DNA of 64,000 nucleotides from Ignavibacteriota bacterium (GCA_963702445.1 CAVPCZ010000012.1:78668-142667), one strand, 5' to 3'; counted from the first letter of the stretch, positions 1 to 10,755 are shown. Numbers and translations are program-made. Notes: generated from the sequence alone by a model not told the origin.

Positions 1-301
1 TTGTTGTTTCAAGGATCCAGTCGTATCGCATCGACTTGTCGTACGAGAAGACTTCCTGAGACGGTGCTTGATCCTTCATGTACACCGTCAACACGCATTT
101 CCCCTTCTCCTTCACGACGATCCGGTACGATCCGAACTTGTCGGTCTCTGTTGTATCGACCTTGCCGGATTTAGCAATGGTCACCTTCACTCCCGCCGGG
201 ACGGGTTTGGTCCCGTCGGTGATGGTCCCGTAGATCTCCCCCGCCGTCAGAGGGAAAGCAAAAAGGAGAAGCGCCATCAACACTTTGCTCATGGATTTCA
301 T
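1..301 (-). CDS. Secreted protein with carboxypeptidase-regulatory-like (transthyretin-like) domain; runs off the window edge
   Basis: Manual translation (not in the ORF track): MKSMSKVLMALLLFAFPLTA-GEIYGTITDGTKPVPAGVKVTI...TETDKFGSYRIVV. Signal peptide, G-x-I-T-D...TD-x-x-G-x-Y pattern, GAGGA RBS upstream. Confidence 0.7.
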   Translation of the reverse strand, partial: MKSMSKVLMALLLFAFPLTAGEIYGTITDGTKPVPAGVKVTIAKSGKVDTTETDKFGSYRIVVKEKGKCVLTVYMKDQAPSQEVFSYDKSMRYDWILETT

Positions 302-564
302 GGTGATCTGTCCTCATGCGTACCGTTGGTCTGCTTCCGCGGTGCGGATACTGATTGAAGTTACGACATCAGGGGGCGAGAATCAACGAATCAGGGTTCG
401 AATGGAAGCTCAGGTGATGTAGCCGGCGAATCGAATATGGCCGATCAGAAAAGCCCCGTCTGGCCGGTGCATGGACGGAGCCCCGTCACGGCTCTGGTGT
501 CGGCATTCCCTCCGGGCCTGAGGGGTTTGTGGAAGTTGTGAAGACCCGGCGAGAAGTCGGTTCT

Positions 565-1902
565 CTACAGGTTCTTTGTCTTCTGCTCCTTCACCCCCGA
601 GGCAATGATCCAGCCAACCTTGCCGGACTGTGTGCGAACCTGGAGCCACCCGGGACCGCTCTCGGGTGAGAATTTGCTGACGATCTCAATTCTGTCGCCG
701 TGGCGAACCGCCGCTTTCGGAATGACCTTCGACTCCAGGGAGTGGTTCTTCCTGAGTCCCACCGCCGGGACATTGACGATTCCAGGACGCAGGTTCTTTC
801 TCTCGGCGGCCGGGCGGGGATTGTCCTCAGGAGTGCGGGGGCTCTCCGCAGAAACCCCGGTCTGCTGTACTTCGCGCGATATCAGTTCCGGCGGGGGAAA
901 TGATTCAAGCACCGCTGATTCCGCCGGCCGGGTGGTCCTGCTGGAACGGAGTGGAACAATGGCTCCAAGAATGACGAAAGTCAGGGCGACGCCGAACACA
1001 TAGACCATGACAGACGATCTCTGCTTCGCGGCAGGCACCGGCGCCTTTGCGGGAGGTATCGGTCTCCGTTTTTTCTGCACCGTGGTCTTTCTTTGCTGCG
1101 CTTTCCGTGACGCGGATGCTTTCATGCGTGTGATCTCCTCGGGATCAACCGCGGGGCGATCTCCAGAAGCGACAAAGAACCCCGGGTCAAGATGAGCATT
1201 GGATGATGTCCCATCGGTTTTGCCAAGAACGAACCCGACAATCTCGGAGTCAGGAAGCGATGTGTGAATTGCCGATGCAACAGCTTCGAGCGTTGAGCCG
1301 GTTGTCAGAATATCATCGACAACCAGAATCCGCGCACCCGCCTTGACGGCCGATCCATCGAAAACATAGGCACCGTCGAGTTCTTTCCGGTGCGCCGCGC
1401 GACCACCGAGTCCCTGAAGAGCCCGAGTTGTCCTGGTCTTCACGAGCCGCCCGGGCGCGTATGTCGCACCGCTCTGCAGCGCAATTGCCGTGCACAACCG
1501 GTCGAGTCCTGATGTCCCGTCTGCCGCCAGCTCGCCGCTCCGCAAAACGCGAACGACAACATCGAAGGGTCCTGCGCTGCAGATCAACGGTGCAGCAAAA
1601 GAAATCCAGCGCGAAGTCTGGGGTTCAATTCCTTCGTTGAAATCGCGGAGGTACTGTGAGATCGTGTCTGCATGCCCGGTACGCAAGGCATGATGGTAGG
1701 CACAGAAGTAGACATGGCCGAGTCCGTGCTCCCCGCCGGAAACCTCGAACAGATTACTGGATGGCTGTTTTTTCACAAGTCTCCTCCGTGTATTCCGACC
1801 CTGTTCATGGAATACCCGATCTCCATAACGCAAAACGTATGCCACCACCGTCAGGGCATGCCGCATACTTTCCGGAGAAACTTCACGTGCAACGCATTTC
1901 AT
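565..1902 (-). CDS. ComF-like phosphoribosyltransferase domain + TM helix + C-terminal SH3b-like domain protein
   Basis: PRPP-binding loop ILVVDDILTTGSTL; hydrophobic helix VMVYVFGVALTFVILGAIV; C-terminal GWLQVRTQSGKVGWI typical of bacterial SH3. Start uncertain. Confidence 0.75.
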   Translation of the reverse strand: MKCVAREVSPESMRHALTVVAYVLRYGDRVFHEQGRNTRRRLVKKQPSSNLFEVSGGEHGLGHVYFCAYHHALRTGHADTISQYLRDFNEGIEPQTSRWISFAAPLICSAGPFDVVVRVLRSGELAADGTSGLDRLCTAIALQSGATYAPGRLVKTRTTRALQGLGGRAAHRKELDGAYVFDGSAVKAGARILVVDDILTTGSTLEAVASAIHTSLPDSEIVGFVLGKTDGTSSNAHLDPGFFVASGDRPAVDPEEITRMKASASRKAQQRKTTVQKKRRPIPPAKAPVPAAKQRSSVMVYVFGVALTFVILGAIVPLRSSRTTRPAESAVLESFPPPELISREVQQTGVSAESPRTPEDNPRPAAERKNLRPGIVNVPAVGLRKNHSLESKVIPKAAVRHGDRIEIVSKFSPESGPGWLQVRTQSGKVGWIIASGVKEQKTKNL

Positions 1903-2242
1903 GATAGCCGGTTACAGGAGCGGGCGTTAAAAAATTGCGGGCGGGACAACGGGGTTCCGAAGAGGGGGTCGTTCTGACCGTTCTCTGCAAGAAATGGGAA
2001 ACCGCAGTACGTCCGGTGGCCGGATAGGGGCAGATCCGATGGATCATGTGTCCCTATGGTCACACATAGGTTCGCAAGGACCACACGCTACCGAAGAGTG
2101 AATCGATATGCAGGTGCATCGCGGGTCAGGCACACACGGCGCTTCGTGAGGTTGACCGGAAGAAGTGGTGTAACATTCGCTTTCGTTTGTCGTCTTAGGA
2201 GAAAGAGGGGGGTTCTTTCACACACAATATCGTGAGGGTGCC

Positions 2243-2677
2243 ATGAAAGCCATAGGCGTAATGCTCGTTGCGGCATCCCTCGCAGCCAGTCCGTTGTGGG
2301 CTGATGAGGTGGTGCGAACGTGTGCGACAAGTGCGACGTACCGGCAGTTCAATCTGCCACGGTACGAACGCAATTATGTGGGATCGCTACACTTTCCTCT
2401 GGATGCCATCGTGGAAAGTGCTTTGCGTGAAGTTGCTCTCATCAAGCTCTGTCAGCCGGATGTGCAGAGTCCCGCCCTGTACGAAAGCGTGTGTGAACTT
2501 GCACGCGATGGCAATACGCCGGCGGTGAGGTACAAGGCCTCGCTGGTAAAGCTCGTATTTGAAAACCCGGAGTTGTTCGTTGCTGAAGGCAAAGGGGAGT
2601 ACCGGAACGACGAGGAGGTCTTTACGGCTATTGCACATCGGCTCCAGGAGACGGTACTGGCGGTTGTTGTCCGGTAA
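2243..2677 (+). CDS. Hypothetical secreted protein (144 aa)
   Basis: GAGGG RBS, signal peptide MKAIGVMLVAASLAASPLWA, helical-looking mature region. Confidence 0.7.
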   Translation: MKAIGVMLVAASLAASPLWADEVVRTCATSATYRQFNLPRYERNYVGSLHFPLDAIVESALREVALIKLCQPDVQSPALYESVCELARDGNTPAVRYKASLVKLVFENPELFVAEGKGEYRNDEEVFTAIAHRLQETVLAVVVR

Positions 2678-2884
2678 AGTTCGATATTTTTCACCGGGCG
2701 GGTTTCGTGACTTCAAGCCGGCAGACGCTTTGCACGTGTACCCTTCAACCGCCGGCCGGCGTTGAGAGGATCCTTGCAGCTCTCCGCATGGAGCATATCG
2801 CAATATCGCCTGTGACTGGCCGGGGACAGTCACAGGTGTGCGTGTAACATCACGTGCGCAACTGTAGCCAACACTGAACACAAT

Positions 2885-3067
2885 TCACTTGCCGTCTCCG
2901 AACATCCCCCAGGCGCGTTCCACGAAAAACGGAAAACTCCCTTCCACGCCCAGATTCTTTGCGTATTGCAGACGCCCTTTCACCGCCTGCAGGAAGTCCG
3001 GATACGTCTTGGACTTCAAGGCAAGCTTGTCGAGCTTGAGGATTCTGATGTAGTCCGGTGATGTCAT
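2885..3067 (-). CDS. Small hypothetical protein (~60 aa)
   Basis: ORF with protein-like composition (MTSPDYIRILKLDKLALKSKTYPDFLQAVKGRL...) and purine-rich upstream sequence. Alternative start at 3109. Confidence 0.45.
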   Translation of the reverse strand: MTSPDYIRILKLDKLALKSKTYPDFLQAVKGRLQYAKNLGVEGSFPFFVERAWGMFGDGK

Positions 3068-3305
3068 CTCTTCTTCTCTGCTAATGACCCGAAAACAGCT
3101 GTTGCCCATCTCTATCAATGATGCAATATTGATGCCAAATCACAATAGCTGACACCGGATAGTTTCTCTCTCTCCATTTCGTCTTCTCTAAACCCCTTCC
3201 CGCCTTTTCTGTGTGGCGCCGGTAGCAATTCCTTCATTCTTCGCCGTCTACGGTCGTAGATTCAGGGCGGGCAATCTTTTTTCCACTCTGAACCGGAGGC
3301 GGACA

Positions 3306-5980
3306 ATGCAGTGGATGAAATATCCGGGGCTACTCCTGTGCCTTTGCTGTGGGCCGGCGATGGCCGCACACCGGCCCTCCCCTCAACAGGTTGTTGCCCT
3401 CCGGCTGAATGGGTCTGTCTCTATTGACGGGGTTCTCACCGAAGAGGCGTGGCAGCGCCCCGGCTATACCGCATTACTGCAACAGGAACCGGATGAAGGA
3501 GCACCACCTTCCCAACGGAGTGAAGTGTGGATTGCATACGACGACGGCGCACTGTATTTTGCCGCACGTTATGCCGACACCCATCCGGATTCCATCATGG
3601 CGCGCCTCGTCCGGCGCGATTTTATCTGGGGAGATCCTTCTGACGGCTGTGTGCTCTACATCGATTCCTATCGCGACAGAAGGAGCGGCTACTTCTTCTA
3701 CGTTTCCGCTGCAGGCGCCCTCGCCGATGGGCTCATAGAAAACGACGTCAAACAACCGAACGACCTCTCCTGGGATGCCGTGTGGGAAGGTGCCGCACGG
3801 ATCGACGCAGGCGGATGGTCGGTGGAAATGAGAATCCCGTACTCCCAGTTGCGGTTTGACGAAGGCAACTCTCCCGTCTGGGGAATTAACGTTGAGCGTT
3901 TCATCAGCCGGAGGGCTGAGACCGACATGATCGTGTATACTCCCCGGAATGAAAGCGGGTTTGCTTCGCGGTTTCCGGATCTTGTGGGAATTGAGGGAGG
4001 CATGTCATCAGCCCGGACGGAGGTCATGCCCTATGTCACCAGCAAGGCGGAATATGTGGGAAACGACCCGGCCGATCCGTTCAATCCGGGGAAGAGATTC
4101 CTTTTCGGAGGTGGCGTTGACATCAGGGCGGGCCTCGGGAGCAGCCTCACCCTGAACGGAACGATCAATCCTGATTTTGGACAGGTCGAAGTTGATCCGG
4201 CCATCGTAAACCTCACCGATGTGGAGTATTCGTTTGAGGAGAAGCGCCCATTCTTTACGGAAGGGGTGAACATCTACCGCTTCGGCCAGGGAGGTGCGAA
4301 CAACAGGGTGATGTTCAACTGGCAGCATCCGGAGATCTTCTACAGCAGGCGGATCGGGCGGGCACCGCAGGGCAGTGTACCTCCAAGCGACTACTCCGAA
4401 GTCCCGGCAGGCACACACATCCTCGCAGCGGGCAAGATATCCGGTCGGATTCTTGACGATTGGAAAGTGGGCATGGTGCATGCCGTCACACAACGGGAGT
4501 TTGCGAGAATTGACAATGGGGGTCTACGTACGCAGGTGGAGACAGAGCCCCTGGCCTACTACGGCATTCTCCGCACGCAGCGGGACTTCGATGAAGGACG
4601 CCAGGGAGCGGGTCTCCTTGCGACATTCACGAACCGGTTCTTCGGCGATCCATCGCTTCGCACGGCAGTCAGCAGTTCCGCCGTTGTCGCGGCGGTTGAT
4701 GGGTGGACCTTTCTGGACGCAGAAAGGACCTATGTCCTGTCGGGATGGGCCGGTCTGTCCCGGGTGAACGGCAGCCAGAGCAGGATGATCGGCATCCAGC
4801 AGAGCGCGGGACACTACTTCCAGCGCCCGGATGTGAGTTATCTCGGCGTCGACAGTTCCGCCACATCCCTTACCGGGTATGCCGGCAGACTGATGGTCAA
4901 CAAGAACCGCGGCAGGTGGACGATGAACGCGGCGTTCGGCTTTTTGAGTCCCCGTTTCGAGGTGAACGATCTTGGATATGTGCCCTACAGCGATTTGATG
5001 AACGCCCATTTTTTCACGGGCTATCGATGGAACACACCGACCGCGTACTATCTGAATGCAGGAATCAACGCCGCGACATTCGCCAGCTGGGATTTCGGGG
5101 GGAACAACACCCTGCGTGGTTACTGGCTGGGAAGCTATATCACACTTCCCACCCTGTACGGGGCCAATTTCACCTTTCAGTACAACCCGGAATCATTCAG
5201 TGCCCGGGCGACACGCGGCGGACCGTTGATGCTGAATCCCATCGGCCGGACATTCAATCTGATCCTCTATACAGACAACCGTCTCTGGTGGGTTCTCAAT
5301 CTGGTCGGTTTTGCCAGGACGGGGGAGAACCAGGAGTCCCGATCCGTCACTGCAAACGTCGAGGTCAAGCTTACGCCAACGCTCACCCTCTCCGTCGGCC
5401 CTCAGTTTTCGAAGGACAAATACGGGGCCCAATGGGTGAGTGCTTTTCCTGATCTCTGGGCGCCCGACACATACGGGAAGCGCTATGTATTTGCACACCT
5501 TGATCAAACGACATTCGCAGCGGACATCCGCGTCGACTGGATCATCAATCCGAAACTGAGTTTCCAGGTCTACTGCAACCGCTTATTTCGTCCGGCAACT
5601 ATACCGATTTCAAGGCGCTCGTGAGGCCGAAATCGTACAGCTTCATGAAATATGGTGAAGACGGTTCCACCATCGTGCCGCTCACATCAGAGACCGGAGA
5701 GGTTCTGGGATATGAGCTTGATCCGGACGGACAGGGTCCCGCAGCCGCCGGCACAATCGGGAACCCCGACTTCAATATCGTCTCTCTCCGCGGCAACGCC
5801 GTCCTCCGGTGGGAATACATGCCCGGATCGAGCCTGTACCTGGTATGGACACAGAACAGGTCGGACTACGAGCCCGTGGGCGAATTCGAGTTCCGGCGGT
5901 CCATGACCCACCTCTTCACGGTGAAGCCCGACAACATCTTCATGCTGAAGCTCTCGTACTGGTGGGGCGGGGCTCTGTGA
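3306..5980 (+). CDS. CBM9-like N-terminal domain + DUF5916 outer-membrane protein (one frameshift near 5573)
   Basis: GGAGG RBS, signal peptide, IDGVLTEEAW...WSVEMRIPYSQLRF (CBM9-like), TINPDFGQVEVD...EEKRPFFTEG and FYSRRIGR (DUF5916). Restoring one C gives VYLQPLISSGNYTDFKALVRPK, joining ORFs 3213..5624 and 5621..5980. Confidence 0.85.
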
Positions 5981-6170
5981 GAAGCCCGTTTTTCCTGTCT
6001 TGCCATATCCGGCAAAGAGATGCTAAAAAAACATGCAAAAATACCTAGGAATTCCCGCCAGAAGGCCTTCCGGAGACGCCTGGACTGAAACATCGCACTG
6101 TTTTCTTCTGTACATTATAGGTAGAGGATGGCAGTGCGGGCATGCCCGCGCCGTTTGCCGACGGACAACC

Positions 6171-7268
6171 ATGGCAGAAGACACTCAAAAGAACCCCGGC
6201 ATCATCTCGACCCTCAAAGATGATATCTCGCAGGGGGGGTTCTTTGCCACACTGAAGAGAGAAGCGGAAGAGATCGAAGACTTCTATCTCAGCGAGGAGG
6301 AGCACGAACGACTGAGCAGGAAAGGCCCAGTCTGGCGATGGTTTATCCTTGCCTGGTGGGTTCTCAAGAATTCCTTCTACAGACTCACGCCGGCCAGGAG
6401 ACTCCTGCTGGCTTTCGGTCTCATGCTTCTGCTCTTCAAGGTCAGTTGGACCGGTCAGCAGGGCCAGACGTCGGTGAACTTTGAATTTGTTGGTGTCGCG
6501 TGTGTCCTTCTCGTCCTCATTCTGGAGCTGAAGGACAAACTTCTGGCACGCGGTGAACTGGAATCCGGACGCGCTGTTCAGCGCGCCATGAGTCCGGAGC
6601 CGACTCCCTCCGTTCCGGGATGGAATGTCTGGCTCTTCACCAGATCCGCAAATGAAGTCGGCGGAGATCTCGTGGACTTCCTCCGGCTCACGGGAGACCG
6701 TTGCGGGGTTGCCATCGGCGATGTCGCCGGCAAAGGGCTGGGGGCCGCACTGTTCATGGTCAAGATCCAGGCAACGCTCAGCGCCATCGCTTCGGAATAT
6801 CCATCGCTGAATGATCTCGCATCAAAACTGAACAGCATTCTCATCCGCGACGGGATGCCGGGCAAGTTTGCATCCCTGATCTTTGTCCGCATCGACTCCC
6901 CTGCCGGAATACTCCGCTACGTGAATGCGGGACATTTGCCTCCTCTCGTGGTTTCACCGGAAGGTGTGGAACAACTCCCGAAAGGGAACGTCGCCCTGGG
7001 GCTGTCCGCCGATGCGGTGTACGACGCCCACGAAATTACCCTGAGCACCGGCCAGACGCTGGTTCTCTACTCGGACGGGCTCACGGAAGCTCAGAACGAG
7101 GCGGGAGAGTTCTACGGATTGGAACGGTTTGAAGCGCTCTGCAAACAACTTGCCGGACTTTCCGCGCCGGCCTTCGGAGAACGTATTGTGGCCGAGGTAG
7201 CCCGCTTCGAGGGAGAATCGCGGAGGAATGACGATCTTTCGCTGGCGATCCTCCAGAAATCCGCCTGA
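6171..7268 (+). CDS. Membrane-bound PP2C/SpoIIE (RsbU-like) Ser/Thr phosphatase
   Basis: N-terminal TM helices; metal-binding motifs VGGDLVD, IGDVAGKG, YSDGL, DDLSL. Confidence 0.9.
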   Translation: MAEDTQKNPGIISTLKDDISQGGFFATLKREAEEIEDFYLSEEEHERLSRKGPVWRWFILAWWVLKNSFYRLTPARRLLLAFGLMLLLFKVSWTGQQGQTSVNFEFVGVACVLLVLILELKDKLLARGELESGRAVQRAMSPEPTPSVPGWNVWLFTRSANEVGGDLVDFLRLTGDRCGVAIGDVAGKGLGAALFMVKIQATLSAIASEYPSLNDLASKLNSILIRDGMPGKFASLIFVRIDSPAGILRYVNAGHLPPLVVSPEGVEQLPKGNVALGLSADAVYDAHEITLSTGQTLVLYSDGLTEAQNEAGEFYGLERFEALCKQLAGLSAPAFGERIVAEVARFEGESRRNDDLSLAILQKSA

Positions 7269-7286
7269 TCTGCCCGCCTGATCAAC

Positions 7287-7802
7287 TCACCTTTGCCCGG
7301 AATTCCGGTAGATCCACGGTGCCATGGGGTCCGGCTGTGACCAGAGCCCGACACGTTTGCTGCGTGCAGTTTCCTCGAGGGCTTTGTACTCCTTGTTCTT
7401 CGGGGAATAACGGGAGAACCACCAGGCCAGACCGTGTGAGAGGAGATGCCTGTTGAGTTCCGTGCCGTCTTTCAGGCGGATCGTGCACAATTCCCTCCCG
7501 TACCTGTCACGCTTTGAGGTAAAGACCAGGACGGTATCGTGCAGACAGAGCTTCTGCACCATCTTCGCCGCTTCTTCACCGTACGGTTGAGGATACTCCG
7601 GACAGTCAATGCCGAGGAGACGCAGCTTGTGTATCACATGCACGCTGTCCACTCCGGTGAGTGTGTCGCCGTCGTGGACCTTTGTGATGCGCAGTCTTTG
7701 CTGCGCGCCGGCTGCCGTGGAGAGCAGAACCGCAAACCACAGCATTAGTACCGATCGCAAACAACTTGTGCCGTACCGGCCGGACCATGTGCGCGTCAGC
7801 AT
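7287..7802 (-). CDS. Thermonuclease (staphylococcal nuclease family), secreted
   Basis: VHDGDTL, RLLGIDCPE, DRYGR, ARSKRVGLWS motifs after a signal-like segment. Start uncertain. Confidence 0.9.
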   Translation of the reverse strand: MLTRTWSGRYGTSCLRSVLMLWFAVLLSTAAGAQQRLRITKVHDGDTLTGVDSVHVIHKLRLLGIDCPEYPQPYGEEAAKMVQKLCLHDTVLVFTSKRDRYGRELCTIRLKDGTELNRHLLSHGLAWWFSRYSPKNKEYKALEETARSKRVGLWSQPDPMAPWIYRNSGQR

Positions 7803-7956
7803 TGTTTCCGCTGTCCGCCGTTCGTCTTGCATCCGCCCGGAATCGTAAGCTGATGCTCCCCCTTTCGATTCTCTCCCTTGAAGACCCATGGATGTGGACC
7901 GGCTGCCACGGAGAATTTCTCCTCCCCAATGTACTGTCATGTCGTTGTCGGAGGAA

Positions 7957-8796
7957 CTACCGTGTCATCGCCCGGGCTTTCTCAAGGATACCCGGGCGGG
8001 CAGCCTCCATCATCTCGCGCACGTCTTCAAGCAACATGGTTCGTTGTTCGAATGTGCGCTTGTTGAGTGCTCCCAGGAAACGGCCTTCGAATTCGCGGAA
8101 GTAGGAACCGTAGATGTGGTAACTGTCCGCCAGGTGGCAATACCGTCCCACCGCAACACGCCTGCCGGTTTTCGCCGAAACATTTTCGGCAATCAGTTTC
8201 TGCAGCTGTACAAGCGCAAAGATGTTCATAAACGCCGCCTTGTAGGCGTCATTCGAACGGAAGCGGACATTCATGCTGAGAACCGGGGTCGCGTTTTCCT
8301 CCGTGATCCGGCACCAGATGCTCTGCAGGCACGGGGGATCGTAGCAATCATTGTCTTCCCATACCTTCCACGTGATGGATTGGGCGCGGCGTGTGTACGG
8401 TGTCTCCGCCAGTTTCCGGGACATCGTTTCGATTTGATTGAAGGGTTCAAACGCCGGCGGATTGTATTTGAACAGGCGCTGGTGGTAGGTGTATTCCCAC
8501 CGGGTGTCTTCCGGATCGTCGGCTCTGCGCACGAGATGGTCTTTGATGCCCTCGCACACCTCCATGGTGTATTCCTGAAGATCCTCCGGACCGCCCGGGA
8601 AATCCTTGTGGATCACCGGTTCCTTCAACGGATCCAATACCGTGAGGAGCATCGTGGCATCGATGCTCGCCGGGTCGTCCGGTTTGTCATACTGGGTCTT
8701 GATCCGGGCGCCGCTTTTGTGCAGTTCAATCAGGGAATTCTCCCACGCTCTGGCAATGCAGTCACCTTCGACGTGTAACACCGGTATGCCATTCAT
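7957..8796 (-). CDS. thyA: Thymidylate synthase, archaeal/methanogen-like subtype
   Basis: YTYHQRL, TRRAQ, catalytic PPCLQ, FRSND, SYHIY motifs; AAGGA RBS before ATG 8796. Confidence 0.8.
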   Translation of the reverse strand: MNGIPVLHVEGDCIARAWENSLIELHKSGARIKTQYDKPDDPASIDATMLLTVLDPLKEPVIHKDFPGGPEDLQEYTMEVCEGIKDHLVRRADDPEDTRWEYTYHQRLFKYNPPAFEPFNQIETMSRKLAETPYTRRAQSITWKVWEDNDCYDPPCLQSIWCRITEENATPVLSMNVRFRSNDAYKAAFMNIFALVQLQKLIAENVSAKTGRRVAVGRYCHLADSYHIYGSYFREFEGRFLGALNKRTFEQRTMLLEDVREMMEAARPGILEKARAMTR

Positions 8797-9055
8797 GATC
8801 GTGTTCCTTCGGTAGAATGTTTCGATCGGGTGCGGAGGGCAAGCACAAGGTACGCCAAGGAACCGAGAAAGGCAACGGAACGGCATCCGCGCAAGATCCA
8901 CGCCCGGCCTGCCGGCAGGAACCTCGAACGGAGATATGCTTCCGGGAAATGTCCTCGAAGGATGCCGGAGCGGCAGAAGAACTCTTGCCTCCATCCGTCA
9001 AAAGGACTATCTTGGATCCCATTGCCGTTCACCCACCATCATTCAGGAGGTTCCC

Positions 9056-9616
9056 ATGGTCTCGATTCTCTCGCTCTGGCTTCCCATTCTGTTGTCGGCG
9101 GTGTTTGTCTTTGTCCTCAGCTCGCTGATCCACATGGTCCTCGGCTATCATGCGAATGACATGCGCAAGCTCCCGGATGAGAACGCCCTTGCCGAAACAC
9201 TCCGGAAGCTGAACATCCCGCCGGGCGAATACATCCTCCCCCACGCCGCGAGCCCCAGGGAGATGAATTCACCGGAGTATCAGGAGAAAGTGAAGAAGGG
9301 GCCGGGGGCAATCCTGACCATCTGGCCCGGCGGCCGCCCGTCCATGGCTGCTAATCTGAGCCAATGGTTCATCTATTCGATACTCATAGGCATTTTCGCC
9401 GCATATGTGGCCGGCCGGGCCCTTGGACCCGGAGCCCATTACCTGGCCGTGTTCCGCTTTGCCGGGGTCACGGCATTTGCCTGCTACGCCATCGCCGGCT
9501 GGCAGAATTCCATCTGGTTCAAGCGCTCCTGGTCCGTCACACTCAAGAACACGTTTGATGGCCTGGTCTACGCACTGGTCACGGCGGGGACGTTCGGCTG
9601 GCTGTGGCCACGGTAG
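9056..9616 (+). CDS. Hypothetical multi-pass membrane protein (186 aa)
   Basis: AGGAGG RBS; four hydrophobic segments; ends FGWLWPR. Confidence 0.85.
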   Translation: MVSILSLWLPILLSAVFVFVLSSLIHMVLGYHANDMRKLPDENALAETLRKLNIPPGEYILPHAASPREMNSPEYQEKVKKGPGAILTIWPGGRPSMAANLSQWFIYSILIGIFAAYVAGRALGPGAHYLAVFRFAGVTAFACYAIAGWQNSIWFKRSWSVTLKNTFDGLVYALVTAGTFGWLWPR

Positions 9617-9856
9617 GGCTGATAGCGGTGGTTTATCGATCCGATGATCTCCGGACGGTTTTCGTTCAACTTATCGAGAGACTCCAAACAGCATACTCCT
9701 TCATTTTCTTCAGGGCCAACGGAGATAAGCAGGATTTCCGGTAGGGTCTCCATTCCGCATGCAGGAACTGGAGACTCCCCTGCCAAAGGAACCAAATGGG
9801 CGGCCAGGGCGTTTGTTGATTCAGTCGCCAGAGTGTTAATTCGATAACAAAGCGAC

Positions 9857-9885
9857 TTGACAATCACTCCATCTTTCGGTATGAT
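9857..9885 (+). promoter_or_regulatory. Sigma70-type promoter for the secreted-protease operon
   Basis: TTGACA (9857-9862), 17-bp spacer, TATGAT (9880-9885). Confidence 0.7.
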
Positions 9886-10278
9886 TGTCAGGCGGTTACT
9901 GTTCTTTCTTCCATACGATATTCCCTGAGGGGGTTATACTCCATGGCAACGTGCGAATTTGCTTTGCCGCTATACCTCCACGACGCGCGCTCCCGCATCC
10001 CCTCACACAACCGCACAGCTTTTCCCCCTCTCACCCGTTACGCTTCTCTCTTTCAGTTTCTCTACTTCACATACATCGTGTCTCATCGTACCGCGCCCTA
10101 CTGTTCCCAAAGAACAGCCGGGGCGACGCACCGTCTTATGAAAGACGTTGGCGATTAGTCACTGAGACTCTCCCACGGATATGCTCACAATTCTATTCCA
10201 GTTATGGAGGAATTCATTCATGAATACTTTTCAATATTTCATCGCTTTCGCCGTTGAATCGCCCGCAATCTTCTTTGC

Positions 10279-10755
10279 ATGCTCGTCGCCTCGGCTCTGT
10301 GTGCGTTGCCATCAGTCGCACCTGCCCAGGAAAGGGCCATGTCGACAGAGCAACTGACACAAGAAGCAGACCTCGTCGTCGTGGGAAAAGTCGCCGGCTT
10401 AAAGGCCGGATGGAACAGCGATAGAAGCAGGATCTTCACCACGGTCACCCTGGAGGTGGATCAGACTCTCAAGGGTGATGCAGGAACCGGTTCCGTGACG
10501 ATCCTTGTTCCCGGCGGCGAAGTGGACGGCGTGGGAGAATTGTACAGCCACACGGCACAATTCAAGAAGGATGAAGAGGTTGTCGTGTTCGCCAAGAAGG
10601 ACAAACAAGGACGACTGCGGCCGGCCGGCGGAGAAAACGGAAAACTCTCCGTCAGGAAAGATGCCGCAACGGGTATTTCTCTCGTTTCCGGTGAAACAGA
10701 GCTCGATGAGTTCACAACGCATGTGAGGAACACTGCGCGCTCGCAGAAGAAATAG
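10279..10755 (+). CDS. Secreted small beta-rich protein resembling the N-terminal accessory domain of bacterial matrixin-like proteases
   Basis: Signal peptide ending APA-QE; ADLVVVGKV...IFTTVTLEVDQTLKG...VPGGEVDG pattern. True start may be ATG 10220 (GGAGG RBS) with an indel. Confidence 0.75.
   Translation: MLVASALCALPSVAPAQERAMSTEQLTQEADLVVVGKVAGLKAGWNSDRSRIFTTVTLEVDQTLKGDAGTGSVTILVPGGEVDGVGELYSHTAQFKKDEEVVVFAKKDKQGRLRPAGGENGKLSVRKDAATGISLVSGETELDEFTTHVRNTARSQKK

Noticed and set aside
8797-9055. Riboswitch upstream of thyA (also checked 360-560 and 1903-2240)
   Set aside because: Only generic GC-rich hairpins; no THF, ZTP, TPP, cobalamin or c-di-GMP consensus recognisable by eye.
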